DNA of 64,000 bases from Eledone cirrhosa (GCA_964016885.1 OZ024740.1:69440001-69504000); one strand, 5' to 3'; positions 42,533 to 56,955 are shown, counted from the stretch's first letter. Notes: generated by a model from the sequence alone, not told the origin. Numbers and translations: made by a program.

Positions 42533-43716
42533 CTATGCATAATAGGGGCGTATATCAAAGTATGTACAACACGTTTATATCTAGTAAGTATACATAAATG
42601 TAAGAGTTAAATTAAATCAAATTTAATAATATATATATACGTGTGTATGTGTGTGTGTTTGTGTGTGTGCGCGCGCGAGTATGCGTGTGTGTGTATGTAT
42701 GTGTGTGTGAGTGGGTGCGTGTGTGTAGTATGATCTGTAGTGTTAAAAATTAGAATCATGATATTCACACCCAATCAGAATAGCCTCGATAAGCTTCTTT
42801 TGATAATCTACTCATGTCACATTTTCGATATCATTTGCGTAACGAGTTACAATATGGCTTCTCTCTTAAGAGCGCGCTACAGAAGGGCTTCATCACTACA
42901 AAACACTCGTTCAATATAAAATTCCCTTGAATCATTTCATAATACTTCATTCTCTCATTGGCTATATTTCATTCTCTCTCACTCGAGTACTGTGTGCTTC
43001 ACAGCTTCACAGAAACATACATTCGTTCTCTCTCACGCTCTCTCTCATATATATATTACATGTAATAATATCTAATAAGGTAATTAAAGGCTGCAAAGAT
43101 ACAGAATTATGCTCGGATTTATGCCTTCTAGTTTTTCTATAACTCCCATAAATAGTAACAATCTAATGAAGGAAGAAAATTCTATAAGTAGGATTTGAAA
43201 TTTTCGAAGATTATTTAAGAATAAGGTTTTGTTTAAAGGAAGTAATTCATTAAAATGGTGAACATATTCTTGCATTATATTCGTGTTGAGTTAAAGTTGT
43301 TGTCGAACCTCCGTCGCTTCGGACGATCACTATTACAGTAATTCGAACCAGGGAGGAGCCAGCTCACCAAATCAACGTGCAAGTAGCTGAACATTACATG
43401 GACACATGTACTCTTAACGTAAAACTCAGGGAGGTTCAATCTGACGCAAGGTCCTTTGAATTACATATACAACTCATTTTGCCAGCTGCTGTACTGACTG
43501 GAGAAACATGAAATAATGTGTCAGACACAAAGACAGGATGTGCAGCGATGAATATAACTAAAGTTAAAGTGAAAAAGAAGTGAAAAAATCCTTGATGCAA
43601 AAACCTATTTAGAAAATTATGTAATAATACTGGACTATCCTCACATGAAATTTGTTGTATATTTGTAGAATGATATAAAAACAATACAAGATCAAATTAA
43701 AGATAAGACTGACGTA

Positions 43717-44960
43717 CGAGGTTTGTCCCAAAATTAAGGCTACTGATGTATTATTTATATGTATATTGGACGTATAAGAATTTACAAATATCTCCTTCAG
43801 AATACGACCCTTTGATCGTAGCAGTACAGAAGTGATTTTCTGTTCATTTCCTCGGTTAGAATTGTTTGTACAATTTCCACAATCCCAAAATGCTGATCTT
43901 TCAACTTCGATTTCAGCTTAGGGAAGTGCTAGAAATTACACGATGATAGGTCTGGGCTGTAGCAGGGATGTGGAAGAGCTGAAAGTTTTTATCGGTAGAA
44001 ATTCTCAATTGAAAGTGCTGTATGAGCTGTCTCATTATGGTAGTGCAGTACCCAATCACCTGCAATGTCCTTTCAGACACGCTGAACCCGGTTTCGAAGT
44101 CGTCTTTATAAAAGGTCCAAATAAACTGTATGTTCTGTAGGTAAAAATTCTTTGTGAAGAATACCACGACTGTAAAAAAAAAATGATTATAATCGTTTTC
44201 ACCTTGGATCTGCTCATGCATGCTTTCTTCGAAATAAAATATTTCGTATGCCACTCCTCGCTTTTGCGTTTTGTCTGGATTTTTTCTCCAGCACCAATGA
44301 TTCATCTCCTATTATTACCTCATCCAAGAAATCTGGCTGAATTTCGAATCTTTCTCACATCTAACAAATTCCCCAATAGTTCGCTTTTGCTCCACACACT
44401 AGGTGTTTGTGCACTAGTTTTGTACAAGTTCTTCGTATATGCAAATGAACTGTTAAAATTCTGTTAACTGGATTTTTATCTAAGGCTGTTGCCTCTGCTA
44501 ATATTCCAACACTTAATCGGCGATACTTCGCCACTACCGCTCGCAAAACTTGTTCATTTGTTGACGAGATTGTCCTTCCATATTGAGGTTCGACTTCAAC
44601 ACTTTCTTGGCCAGCTTGGAGTGTCTCGTACCACTTAAAAACCTTACTTTTCGGTGGCGTGGCATTTCCATACGCTTTTATATAAAATTTAAATATTTCG
44701 ACGGCAGATTTGTTGAGTTTCACAGAATTTTTGATCGCGTACTGTTGTTCGATATTTTCTTGAATCTCAAGGGTAACAGATTATAAACACGTTTGTACAT
44801 AAACAGCAATAACTCACGACTGCCTCAATCAATCATGTTGAAACAAGTATGTACGGGCTGCCAAAGTCATACCCACTTAGTCTATATACATCACCGATGT
44901 GGTGTGTTAACATGTCGTACATAGGAAAATCAGAACCCTTACTTTCGGAAAGAAACCTCG
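43717..44960 (-). mobile_element. Degenerate mariner (Tc1/mariner) transposon
   Basis: TA-flanked imperfect TIRs cgaggtttgtcccaaaattaagg / ccttactttcggaaagaaacctcg; about 1.24 kb; transposase remnant KAYGNA..KSKVFKWY..GQESVEVEPQYGR. Confidence 0.85.
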
Positions 44961-45842
44961 TATACTGTTTACAAATTAACTATTTTTCAATGGAAGTGCC
45001 ATTCTATATTAGTTACAGAAAATGAAAACATATTTCTAATGCCGTTGTCTTATGTACAATGTGTTTCTGAGGACATTAATATCTGAATGACGCGTAATTA
45101 AGTTAGTGCAATTGAAACTGCTATTGCTATTTTAATTTCTTTCTGTGTTGTCTATTTAGAGTTTATGGTTTTACAGCATTAGACTTTTGATGTAAGTTTA
45201 TTAAAGGTAATATAATATTTGTATTGTAAGGAAATGTTTCCTTCATAGTTTGAAACTAGTGTCTGCATTTGTTGGACTAAAGCTAAGTTGAAAGGTGGAT
45301 GAAACTACATTTTTTATTTTCAGTTAGATGTTCTAGTTTTCTACGTAAGCCATCAATAATTTATAATCTCTTGTATTGCAATTCGGAAGATGCCATTATA
45401 TTTCGAACTAATCTTATTTATTTTCATGAAAATATGCTTGAGTCGGGGAAATATTCTTAAGAAGATTACTATAGTGACTGGAACGTATTTAATCCAAAAG
45501 CAATGGTCTCAAATTCATGTAGAGAAATATCTATTTCTAATGATGTGATGTTTGTTACAAATTTAGCAACCAGACACACAAGCACAAAAAACCCGTGTGT
45601 GTGTGTATATGGAAGCAATAGTGCATATGCCATGATATTATACACCCAGTAGGCTTTGTAAAACTGTAAGACTTTGGAAAGGCTTCTTGCCATGCCAGAA
45701 ATGAAACGGTTGAAAATGGCCTGGTTCTCCGAAACATTCAGATTCAGGCCATGACATCCTGTCCAACATATGAGAGCATGGAAAGCGGTCATAAGATTAT
45801 AGTGATGAGGATAATGATAATGATAAGTATATATATATATAT

Positions 45843-45906
<64 letters not shown>

Positions 45907-46342
45907 GTTTATACATGTATATGTGTGAAACACAAAATAAAAGTCGGATACACATGTGCGTGCGACATCACGTACATTCTCACAGACAAGCGCATTCATT
46001 TTTTTTATGATTGGTGGCATGGATATTTTACCAAAGAATTATTTTCGTACATATGTTTGCATTTATTCCTAAACATGTGTTAATATGTGTTAATATTTAC
46101 ATGCATGTAGAAAATTTACTCAGTCGATAACTGCGAAAGTGATTTATGGGAAGCTATATATTCGACAAGTTGTAATTTATGATATCTAAGAGAATTTTAT
46201 ATACACATATTTTGTCATTTTCTTCAGAGTAACAGGAAACGCACTGTTTCAATGAGCTGCTACACCTGCAAAATTGCGAAGTCACTGTTAATAAAATTGA
46301 AATAGATATGTGTGTATATAATCATCTGAATTGCATATATAC

Positions 46343-46381
<39 letters not shown>

Positions 46382-46411
46382 CACACACACACACACATAC
46401 ACACACACACA

Positions 46412-46497
<86 letters not shown>

Positions 46498-46776
46498 CAT
46501 ATATACATATTTATATATACATATATTTATATACACACATATATATATACATATATATACACTTATATTTATATACATATATATATACATATATATATAT
46601 ACATATATATATGTAGATAAATCTACCAAAAGTTTACGGTAGTGTCCAATCCGTATATATATACATATATATATATACATATATATATACATATATATAT
46701 ATACATAAATATATATATATATATATATATACATATATACATGTGTGTTTGTGTATATATATATATATGTGTGTGT

Positions 46777-46819
<43 letters not shown>

Positions 46820-46932
46820 GAAAACAGAAAAACCCAACAAAATCGGTACAGTATATGGGATGAATATATTAGTTTAACGCTTGAAATAGCAGGAATAGGG
46901 ACTTAACGTTTTGGACGATAGTCCTTCATCAC

Positions 46933-47677
46933 AAGAAACGATGTATATATATTATTAAATAGTTCTATGGACATGCTTTACTTTGTAGTATTTTGCTCTG
47001 ATTATTTAATTTATTAATTATTCATTGAGCCACATCGTGAATGGTTGCCAAAACATATATATCTGTGACGTTGTTTAATTGGTCTATGTGTAAATATTTA
47101 TATTTAATAATATCCCGTAAGGTTGAGTGAGATCCAATTTGGGCGATATTGGGCTGCGCTTTCTAGCAACCAACCCACTCGCCATAAGCAACCAATCACA
47201 CTCTTTCTGACTTGACCACAGCCACGTCAGAGTTCTTAGCCATTTTGAATTCGTGTTTAACGGGGGCCACTTCAGAAAAAAATTTGTCCTAGCGAGTTTG
47301 TCCCCTGAAGAGTTCGAAACTCGAGATTTATCCTTAATAGGATATCTCAAAACGAGAACGACACCCATGGATCGGATTTAGTGATTTAATCCTGGTATGA
47401 ATATAAGCATTTCTAACTTGAATTGTATACCTAATTGTGTATGGTTGACCGTATATTTAATTAATTTCCACGTGCTGTTGAAATGTTGGGTAGATATTCT
47501 ATAGCGGTTGGCCGCGAAGACGCTGCTATCGTATATTTCTTTACTGTTTCTTCATAGGTGCCTTTTAATCTTATAGCCTGGTCTAATTGATTTTTTGTGT
47601 GGTTAATTATGCTAATTGGGAGAAGAAATGATGTATATATATTATCAAATAGTTCTATGGACATGCTTTACTTTATA

Positions 47678-47679
<2 letters not shown>
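46933..47679 (+). mobile_element. Old partial-tandem element (about 57-bp terminal direct repeat, period about 690 bp) with degenerate hammerhead-like motif
   Basis: aaatagttctatggacatgctttacttt at both ends; tccc-ctgaaga-gttc...gaac-gaca-cccatgga-tc-gga at about 47301-47376. Confidence 0.5.
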
Positions 47680-47717
<38 letters not shown>

Positions 47718-47808
47718 CGGAGGAAATGTGGCAAGGAACCAGGTGGACCATAACGCACCAAAGAACTCAATACTTAGGGTAGTAGAGTGGGTAATAGGAA
47801 CGAGTAGG

Positions 47809-47904
47809 ACCCCGACGGCTGAGCTCAAGCCGTTTCGACGGCTAATTCTGGACTAAATGAAAATGTTTATCCTGGTATTTGAATAGCCGAGCTTCTCAAG
47901 AGGT
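47809..47904 (-). ncRNA. Hammerhead ribozyme, U3-A8 variant; mutated mirror copy 51301-51396 on plus strand
   Basis: ACCUC-UUGAGAA-GcuCGGCUA...UAGCCGuC-GAAA-CGGC uugagcuca GCCG-UC-GGGGU. Confidence 0.72.
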
Positions 47905-49689
47905 AATTCCATATATGGTAAAAGTGATTGTCACAAGGATTGGTCAAAAGTTTGTTGTTGAGACATAATAATTCTATCATGGCAATTTATGGAGGGAAGG
48001 GGTAGCTGAACCTGCCATTAGGAGACAGAGGGAGAGGGGGTGGAGGATACCCAGTCATGCGTTGATAGTGCCGACTACAGCTGGGCATGAGGTCGAAAAA
48101 GATACTAGGGAGGGGGAGGGGGAGGAAGTCGAAACAATAAGTAAAACAATATGGAGTAAATATATAGAAAAATACCGAGAGTGTTAAAAAGCAATTCAAA
48201 TTTTAAAAAAAAATAAACAATTTCTGGTTACTACGACTTAAGGACAGCTATCAAGTATCTCAGAGGTACTGCTAGGCGAGAGAAAGGTTTACTAGGTGGG
48301 GCGGAATTATAATGAGACCATTTTAAGAGGTATAAGTAATAAACCGAGTATATATTACGGTGACGGGTCAACAAGTGAGGGGCCAAAATACTAAAGAAAC
48401 TACCACAAAATAATAAATAAAGGTTTCTACCCCAGGCACAAGGCCAGCAACCACCCAAGTGCAAAAAAATAAACTAATACGAAATAATAATTCAGAATCT
48501 CGAAAAATAATACTAATACTATCTCTAAGGGTGCCGCCCTGATACAAACATTTCTAGTGCAAACTACATAAATGCTCGTACGAAGTATATGTAAAATTTG
48601 ATACGGAAAATTAATTCAGAATCCCCCCCCCCCCCCCCCCATAAAAAAAATTTATACTGATATACGAGAAATTAAAGCAAAGATACCACTAAGAAATATA
48701 GAAAGCACGGAAAAGGAGCAGCGATCGGATAAGAAGGCAAGTATCCGGGGTCTAACACATCTGCTATAAAAAGCGGAGTCGGCCAAATCATAGAATAGGG
48801 GAAGGGTGGGGTGCTGAGGCTACAAAGGACCGAGGGGCTGCCTCGGGTGGTCGAGAAAATGAAAAGGATGACGACAAAGAAAGAGGACTGGGGTGGAAGG
48901 ACTAGGGAGGGATGGGGGGAAGAAGGAAATATAGAGGTAGCGATAAAAAGATATAAAAGAAGATCTTACGTCTACCTTTGCAAGCGGGGGGTACCCACTA
49001 CAAAATCGGCAAGTAGGGTGTTATAGCCCTAGTCTACCCCTCCGGGTCATTATGGGGTTTGAGGGCGAGGTAATTCCTGCGCAATCTGTGTTTACATACA
49101 GTAACCACTTCATCTTTCTTGTTTAGGAGTTGGTCCGTCGAAAACAGCATTTGTAAAGTTTCCTCCGAGCATAAATTGCACGGACGGCATCCTCACGTGT
49201 AAGAGTTGGCTCTGCACAGTAAGCTCCAAGTGAGATGATAGGTAATGTTGTTATCCTTGAGGTCCCATATGTGGCCCTAAAGTGTAGTGGCGTGACGCCG
49301 AGCCGGGTTTCGGAAGGTATGTCTGTGTTGGTATAGCCGGGTCTTGAAGTCACATGCGGTTAATCCTATATAAGCTTTGTTGGAGGTGTCCGTCCTCACG
49401 TTGCACTGGTAGATAACATTACGATCTCTGCATCTGTTGTCGAGGGGGCAAATGGATCCATCAGGACAGTTGCACCTCCTGGTCGGCTCTCCACTGCTAT
49501 TTAGGTTATTTCTTCCATAGGGGTTGAGTTTTTTGTTGTTAGAGGAGACGATGTTTTGTGCGAAGTTTGGTGTGGTGCTGTAAGAGAGTTTGATGGTATT
49601 TTTGTTAATTATGTTGTGGTAGCGGTGTTGTAGTGGGAAGTGTTTTTCAATGAGCCTAAAGAAGATTTTCCCGATAGGAGTTGTCACCT

Positions 49690-50206
49690 CGTCTCCTCTA
49701 ACAACAAAAAACTCAACCCCTATGGAAGAAATAACCTAAATAGCAGTGGAGAGCCGACCAGGAGGTGCAACTGTCCTGATGGATCCATTTGCCCCCTCGA
49801 CAACAGATGCAGAGATCGTAATGTTATCTACCAGTGCAACGTGAGGACGGACACCTCCAACAAAGCTTATATAGGATTAACCGCATGTGACTTCAAGACC
49901 CGGCTATACCAACACAGACATACCTTCCGAAACCCGGCCCGGCGTCACGCCACTACACTTTCGGGCCACATATGGGACATCAAGGATAACAACATTACCT
50001 ATCATCTCACTTGGACCTTACTGTCCAGAGCCAACTCTTACACGGGAGGACGCCATCCGTGCAATTTATGCTCAGAGGAAACTTTACAAATGCTGTTTTC
50101 GACGGACCAACTCCTAAACAAGAAAGATGAAGTGGTTACTGCATGTAAACACAGATTGCGCAGGACTTACCTCGCCCTCAAACCCCATAATGACCCGGAG
50201 GGGTAG
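49690..50206 (+). pseudogene. PLE GIY-YIG endonuclease domain, 5'-truncated; mirror copy at about 49030-49687 on minus strand
   Basis: CNCPDGSICPLDNRC..VIYQC..AYIGLT..FKTRLYQH..CNLC.EE..LLNKKDE..CKH. Confidence 0.88.
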
Positions 50207-51413
50207 ACGAGGGCTATAACACCCCACTTGCCGATTTTGTAGTGGGTAACCCCCGCTTGCAATGGTAGACGTAAGAACTTCTTTTATAACTTTTTATCGC
50301 TTCCTCTATATTTCCTTCTTCCCCCATCCCTCCCTAGTCCTTCCACCCCAGTCCTCTTTCTTTGTCGTCGTCCTTTTCATTTTCTCGCCCACCTGAGGCA
50401 GCCCCTCGGCCCTTTGTACCCTCAGTACACCCACCCCCTTCCCCTATTCTCTGATAGATTTGGCCGACTCCGCTTTTTATAGCAGATGTATTAGACCCCG
50501 GATACTTGCCTTCTTATCCGATCGCTGCCCCTTTTCCGTGCTTTCTATATTTCTTAGTGGTATCTTTGCTTTAATTTCTCGTATATCAGTATTAATTTTT
50601 TTTTCTGTATCAAATTTTACATATACTTCGTACGAGCATTTATGTAGTATGCACTAGAAATGTTTGTATCGTGGCGGCACCCTTAGAGATAGTATTAGTA
50701 TTATTTTTCGAGATTCTGAATTATTATTTCGTATTAGTTTATTTTTTTGCACTGGGTGGTTGCTGGCCTTGTGCCTGGGGTAGAAACCTTTATTTATTAT
50801 TTCGTGGTAGTTTCTTTAGTATTTTGGCCCCTCACTTGTTGACCCGTCACCGTAATATATACTCGGTTTATTACTTATACCTCTTAAAAGGGTCTCATTA
50901 TAATTCCGCCCCCTCTAGTAAACCTTTCTCTCGCCTAGCAGTACCAGTGAGAGACGTGATAGCTGTCCTTAGGTCGTAGTAACCAGAAATTGTTTTTTTT
51001 TTTTACTTTTAATTGCTTTTTAACACTCTCGGTATTTTTCTATATATTTACCCCATATTGTTTTACTTATTGTTTCGACTTCCCCCTCCCCCTCCCTAGT
51101 ATCTTTTTTGACCTCATGCCCAGCTGTAGTCGGCACTATCAACGCATGACTGGGTCTCCTCCACCCCCTCTCCCTCTTTCTCCTACTGGCAGGTTCAGCT
51201 ACCCCTTCCCTCCACAAATTGCCATGATAAAATTATTATGTCTCAACAACAAACTTTTGACCAATCCTTGTGACAATCACTTTTACCATATATAGGAATT
51301 ACCCCGTAAGAAGCTCGGCTATTCAAATACCAGGATAAAAATGTTCATTTAGTCCAGAATTAGCCGTCGAAACGGCTTGAGCTCAGCCGTCGGGGTCCTA
51401 CTCGTTCCTATAT

Positions 51414-51486
<73 letters not shown>

Positions 51487-51612
51487 ACAAATATACAAAT
51501 ATAAATATATATACAAATATAAATATATATATAAATAAATATATACATATATATACACATATAAATATATATAAATTAATATATATAGATATAACTATAT
51601 ATATATAAATAT

Positions 51613-51669
<57 letters not shown>

Positions 51670-51674
<5 letters not shown>

Positions 51675-52672
51675 ATACTTTGGGAGGGTCATGTTGCCAA
51701 TAAGAAACACACGCACCAGTTACTTTCACTTCAATTTATTATATATTTATAAATTTATAAATTTACAAATGTACAAACTTATAAATTTCTGGTTGGTTGG
51801 TTGGTTCCACAACCAGATAGTTGTTTATATATAGTCATAGTCCTTTCGTCACACACTCTGTGACCTCTTCAGTGACTGGGGATTCCTTTCTTTGTTTCTG
51901 TGCCTTTCCTTTCTTCTATCCTACGCCATTTTGTTTCTGTGTGCGTGTTGTGTGCTCAGTTTGCGCATGCGCCACATCCGGGTGTCTGTGTGTGTTTGTG
52001 TTCATTTATCTATTTGTTTATTTATTTATTTATTTATTTATTGTTGGTTGGTTGTTTGTTCTATGTGTGTGTGTGTTTTCATTTTGTCCTGTGTGTGTTT
52101 TCATTTTGTCCTTAATTGTAAGTTGTGATGTTGCTGTTCCACTCATATTTTCTATTTAATTTTTGTTGTAATTCTTTTATGCTTACTGCCTCTGTAATTT
52201 GCCTAAACACACACACACATAGAACAAACAACCAACCAAGAATAAATAAATAAATAAATAAACAAATAGATAAATGAACACAAACACACACAGACACCCG
52301 GATGTGGCGCATGCGCAAACTGAGCACACAACACACACACAGAAACAAAATGGCGTAGGATAGAAGAAAGGAAAGGCACAGAAACAAAGAAAGGAATCCC
52401 CAGTCACTGAAGAGGTCACAGAGTATGTGACGAAAGGACTATGACTATATATAAACAACTATCTGGTTGTGGAACCAACCAACCAACCAGAAATGTATAA
52501 GTTTGTAGATTTGTAAATTTATAAATTTATAAATATATAATAAATTGAAGTGAAAGCAACTGGTGCGTGTGTTTCTTATTGGCAACATGACCCTCCCAAA
52601 GTATAACAATATCGGTTTCAACACACGATTTCAGATAAAGAATCTTGCTAAACAAATTCAGAAACGAAATGT
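51670..52672. mobile_element. Fold-back PLE 3' end: about 410-bp inverted arms around a GIY-YIG C-terminal stub
   Basis: 51670-52079 mirrors 52206-52612. The spacer encodes RQITEAVSIKELQQKLNRKYEW on the minus strand, matching the R.I.EA..I.....LN end of PLE endonucleases. Confidence 0.85.
52402..52446 (+). ncRNA. Minimal hammerhead ribozyme (mirror copy 51833-51877 on minus strand)
   Basis: AGUCA-CUGAAGA-gGUCACA gagua UGUGAC-GAAA-GGAC-UA-UGACU. Confidence 0.82.
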
Positions 52673-53227
52673 ATATATATAAATATATATATATATAATA
52701 ATAATAATAATAAAATCTGGAGAGGAGGCACACGAGTTAGGATATATATATATATATATGAAAACAGGGAGAAAGAGACGATTATGAGGAAGAAAAATAT
52801 ATTATTTTCCTTTTTTCTGTCTCTCACTCTCTCTCTCTTTTCTTGGTTAGAAAATGATTAAAACGAAATGTTTTAATTTGTGTGAAGTGTTAAGGCATTA
52901 GTTGATTTATTTATTATTTAACAATGGCATTTATTTATCTATTTATCTATTTAATTATTGTCTATTACAGGTTTCTCCATTTATATGCATTATCAAATGA
53001 TAGTGAAATGTATTAGTGTGATGTCGCACATGTTAAACAGAAGGTGCAGAAAGAATAATGTTATATACAAACAAGTTTTAAGAACTGAAAAGAAAAAAGA
53101 AAAAGGAAAAAAAACGTGCATAATGTGGAACGTAAAAAGTCAATGTAGAAGAAAACATAATAATGTTATTTACAAGCACAGTCATTGAGGTTAAGCAGTT
53201 CAAAATGTGTTAATATCGCAAGAGTGC

Positions 53228-55760
53228 TTAGTTGAACCATGGTTCCGTGAAGGAGGCAAATGGTGTACTGTGGTTTGGTATGATTTCCCTTTTTAGAGAG
53301 TTAATGTGCAGGGGGAAGCAATTCTTGCTGGGTGATATTTTAGGTAGGATGTGATGGAGGTAACTCTTGTAAATGTTTGATGGTTTGTTGCAGTTTTGGA
53401 TTGGTCCGATTTTTAAGGCATTGAGTAGTGTTTGAAATTTATTAATGAAATGTGTTACCTTATTGGTGCGTTGGGTGAAAGTAGCATTGTCTATGAATTT
53501 GTAAATGGAGAAAATTTTAAAGTTTGGATGTTGGTTGAGAGCACAATTGGCGATATGTTCAGTAAATGCAATCTTTCTGTATTCCTGTATTTTAATTTGT
53601 GATTTATGGACGGTCATACGTTGACCGAGGCTGTTTTTTGTCTGTCCTATGTAGTGCTCTTGACAAGCTGAGCAGGTCAAAACATAGATAAGGTTTTCAG
53701 ATGCACATGTAAAGTTGTGTTTAACTGTGAAACGTTGTCTTTGTTTAAAATGGAATGTTGAACCTTCTATTAGATTTATGCATATGCCACAGTTGGGCCT
53801 TCCGCATTTTGTTACTGTAGGCTTTATTGTGAAGGTTTGTTGGATTTTGGTTTGTGTGCGGATGTTTTTTATGGATTTGGGTTGTCTTTTGCTCTTTATG
53901 ATGTTGTGTGTTTGGAGGATATTGTTCATTCTTGGGTCTCTTTTTAGTAAAGGAATGTTCTGGATGATGGTATTGAATGCCTCATTGTTGAGGGGGTTGT
54001 GTGTGGAGATGTATGGTAGAGTTTTTGTTGCGGTTCACTCCTGGGTTTGGAGTGTCTGAGTTCCTGGATGTCTAGTTTTAGGGCACGTTGGAATCCATTG
54101 GTGATTAGGGATGGTGGGTAGTTTCTGCTGATAAGTGTGTTTTTTAAATTCTTCTAGTTGTGTGTAGCATGTGTATTTATCTGAAACTATTGTGCAGATC
54201 CTTCTGGCTAGGTTATAAAGAATTGCCATTTTGGTGTGTCTAGGGTGGCACGAGTTGAATGGAAGGTATTGTTTGTAGTATATGTCTGTTTCTATTGTGT
54301 TTCTTGTTTTCTTGATGAGGATGTCGAGGAAAGGGAGTTGTTCATGGCTGTAATCCATTGTGAATTGTAAGTTAGTATTGAGTCCATTTAGAAGGGTTTT
54401 AAACTCAAACAGTCTATCTATACTTTCATGCCAGAGGATGAAGGAGTCGTCCAGATATCTCTTCCAGTTTTTTTCTGTGTAGGTAGAAGTGGTTACCGTA
54501 TTTGTCTAGAACTTTTCGGTAGAGAATGGTTTCCAAATATCCCATGACAAGGTTGGCGTATGAGGGGGCTACTTTCGTGCCCATGGCAGTCCCAGATTTC
54601 TGTCTGTAGTATTTGGCATTGAATTCGAAGAAATTGTTGAAAAGATGAATTTGAGTCCTTCCAACACAAATTCTTTAGGGATGCGTTGTGGAAGTTCACT
54701 AGGGAAATGTTCCATCCAGAATTGCATTGCCTCTCTACCTAGGTTATGTGGGATATTGGAATATAAATTGATGACATCAAAGGTTACTAGTAGTGTATGT
54801 TCTTATTGAGTGTTGTTGGGAGGTGGTTGAGCATGTCAAGGTCGTCCCTTATGAAGCATTTTATATGTTTTAGGAAAGGTTTAAGCAGAATATCTAGGAA
54901 GTTGCTAAGGCGATGGGTTTCACATGTGGTGCCTGCTATTATGGGTCTTAATTTAAGGTCATCAGGAGGGGCTATATTGATGTAAACGTCTGTGGCTTGC
55001 TTGCAGGCCCTGCCTATTACTTCGCTTTTGTGTGTCTTGGGGATACCGTAGAAGAAGCTGGTTCTGCTTTTGAAATTGGTGATGTAGTTATATTCATTGT
55101 CTGTAAGGCCTTCTTTGTAAAGGGTCGTTAGGGATTTTAGGTTTCTCATTAATTTCTCTTGTGTGTAGTGTTGGGCCTTTTCATAATATGTTTGGTTTTC
55201 TAGAGTTGAGAGTACTAGAGTTTTGTAATAATCTGTCTCCATAAGGACTACTGCACTCTCTTTATCTGCCTCTTTGATTGTTAGGGTTTTGTCGTTTTTT
55301 AGACTGTTAAGACCATTCCAATCGTTTTTGCTTAGGTTTGGTTTTTGTTTATGTCTGTGTAGGTGGTGGTATGAGTAATTAGTAATGTGTTCGTAGAATT
55401 GATCGAGGAATTTATTCTTGCCTTTTGGTGGGTATAGTTGCTTCTATTTCTGGCTATTGAGTCATCCTCATTGTATTTGTTGTATAGTTGTTCGCTGAGT
55501 CTTAGTTTTCTACAGAATTCTGCAATATCTTCCTTCATTTCGGAGCAGTTTGGTTGTTGGGAAGTTGGTGTAAATTTTAGACCTTTGGAGAGTATGTTGA
55601 TTTGGTCTGTTGTTAATTCTTTGGAGATTAAATTGAAAATGTTTATTGCATTTTGTGTCTCCTGTGTGTTTTGTGTTATCTTGTAATTCTGTGTCTGTGT
55701 GCTGTGTCTAAAAAATGATTACGGAAGTTGTGATGGCTGTTGAAGTTTGGATGTCTCTTA
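53228..55760 (-). mobile_element. Penelope-like element, Neptune-type (RT, Cys-rich linker, GIY-YIG), frameshifted
   Basis: [38 protein letters not shown] (about 54447-54467), LPFLDI, CGRPNCGIC, TCASENLIYVLTCSACQEHYIGQT. Confidence 0.9.
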
Positions 55761-56047
55761 TAGTTGTATTGGCTCCTGCTGTTGTATATATATTTATATA
55801 TTTATATAGATACATATATATATATTTAGTTATATATATATGTTTATATATACATTTATATATATGTATGTATACATACATATATATATATCTATATACA
55901 TATTTATATATATATACATATACATTTTTATATTTATACATATTATTACATTCAACGTAAAGGGTTTTATGGATAATACAAAATCAAACGTATCAAACAT
56001 TATGCCGTGTTTCTAAATACAAAATACCATTCAGAGAATAGAATCAA

Positions 56048-56125
<78 letters not shown>

Positions 56126-56129
<4 letters not shown>

Positions 56130-56318
56130 TAAACGGAATAGAAAATGGTGACAAATTGTTCACAGTTGAAAAATAGTTTAATTAGGAATAAAAGAGTATT
56201 GGTAATTGTATTGGTAAGTATTCAGTTGTGGTTTTAAGTTTTTACCGGTTGCGCATTTCTAAATGCTTTTCAAAAATAATTTTGAAATAGAGCGTCCGTG
56301 TTGTTTCCTCTGATCTGT
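56126..56318. mobile_element. Short element inside (TA)n, inverted homolog of 3830-4025
   Basis: tggtaaacggaatagaaaatg...accggttgcgcatttctaaatgcttttcaaaaataattttga...ctctgatc. Confidence 0.7.
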
Positions 56319-56365
56319 ATATATATATATATATGTATACATATATATCTCGATATATATATATA

Positions 56366-56436
<71 letters not shown>

Positions 56437-56955
56437 TTAATATAGATGAGATTCTACAGGACTAGAACTGTTTCATTATTTAGAAATCATCAGGAATCTG
56501 GCATTCCTAAAATGAATGTTGTGGTATTTATATATTTTCAGGTGGTAGAAGAGGGAGGGGAGTGGGATGGGTGGCGGTCATTGGGTGAAAGAAAAGGGGA
56601 TTCATTAAAAGCTAATTCTTTAAGGCTATAATTTCTATTTAGAGTTACAAAGGCAGAAAGAATTCTATAAACAAGTTCAGAATGGGGTACCACTCCTTAT
56701 TTTTAAGTTTCTCTTGAGCTAACAATGCCTATATTTTAGGTGCCTATAAAATGGTTGGGGGCCGGTCATGTTGATGTATTTAAAGATAAGGGAAATTCAT
56801 TAAAATCTTATTCATTAAAGCTCTACTTAGAGTGACAAAGGCCAAGAGAATTCTATAAACTAGTTCAAAATATTGGGTGCCTCTCATATCATCATTGTCA
56901 TATTTCTCTTAAGCTATATTCCAGGTGTCAACAAACACATCCACACAACTACACG

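Larger units (their letters stand above)
47716..51410. mobile_element. Inverted (palindromic) Penelope-like element insertion with arms of about 1.7 kb
   Basis: 47795-49550 is the reverse complement of about 49690-51410. GIY-YIG coding sequence in both arms. (TA)n flanks. Confidence 0.92.

Noticed and set aside
56595-56880. Degenerate direct duplication with period about 195 bp (similar old duplications at about 7530/8360 and a 36-bp tandem at 10250-10325)
   Set aside because: Diverged local duplications with no ribozyme core or other structure.
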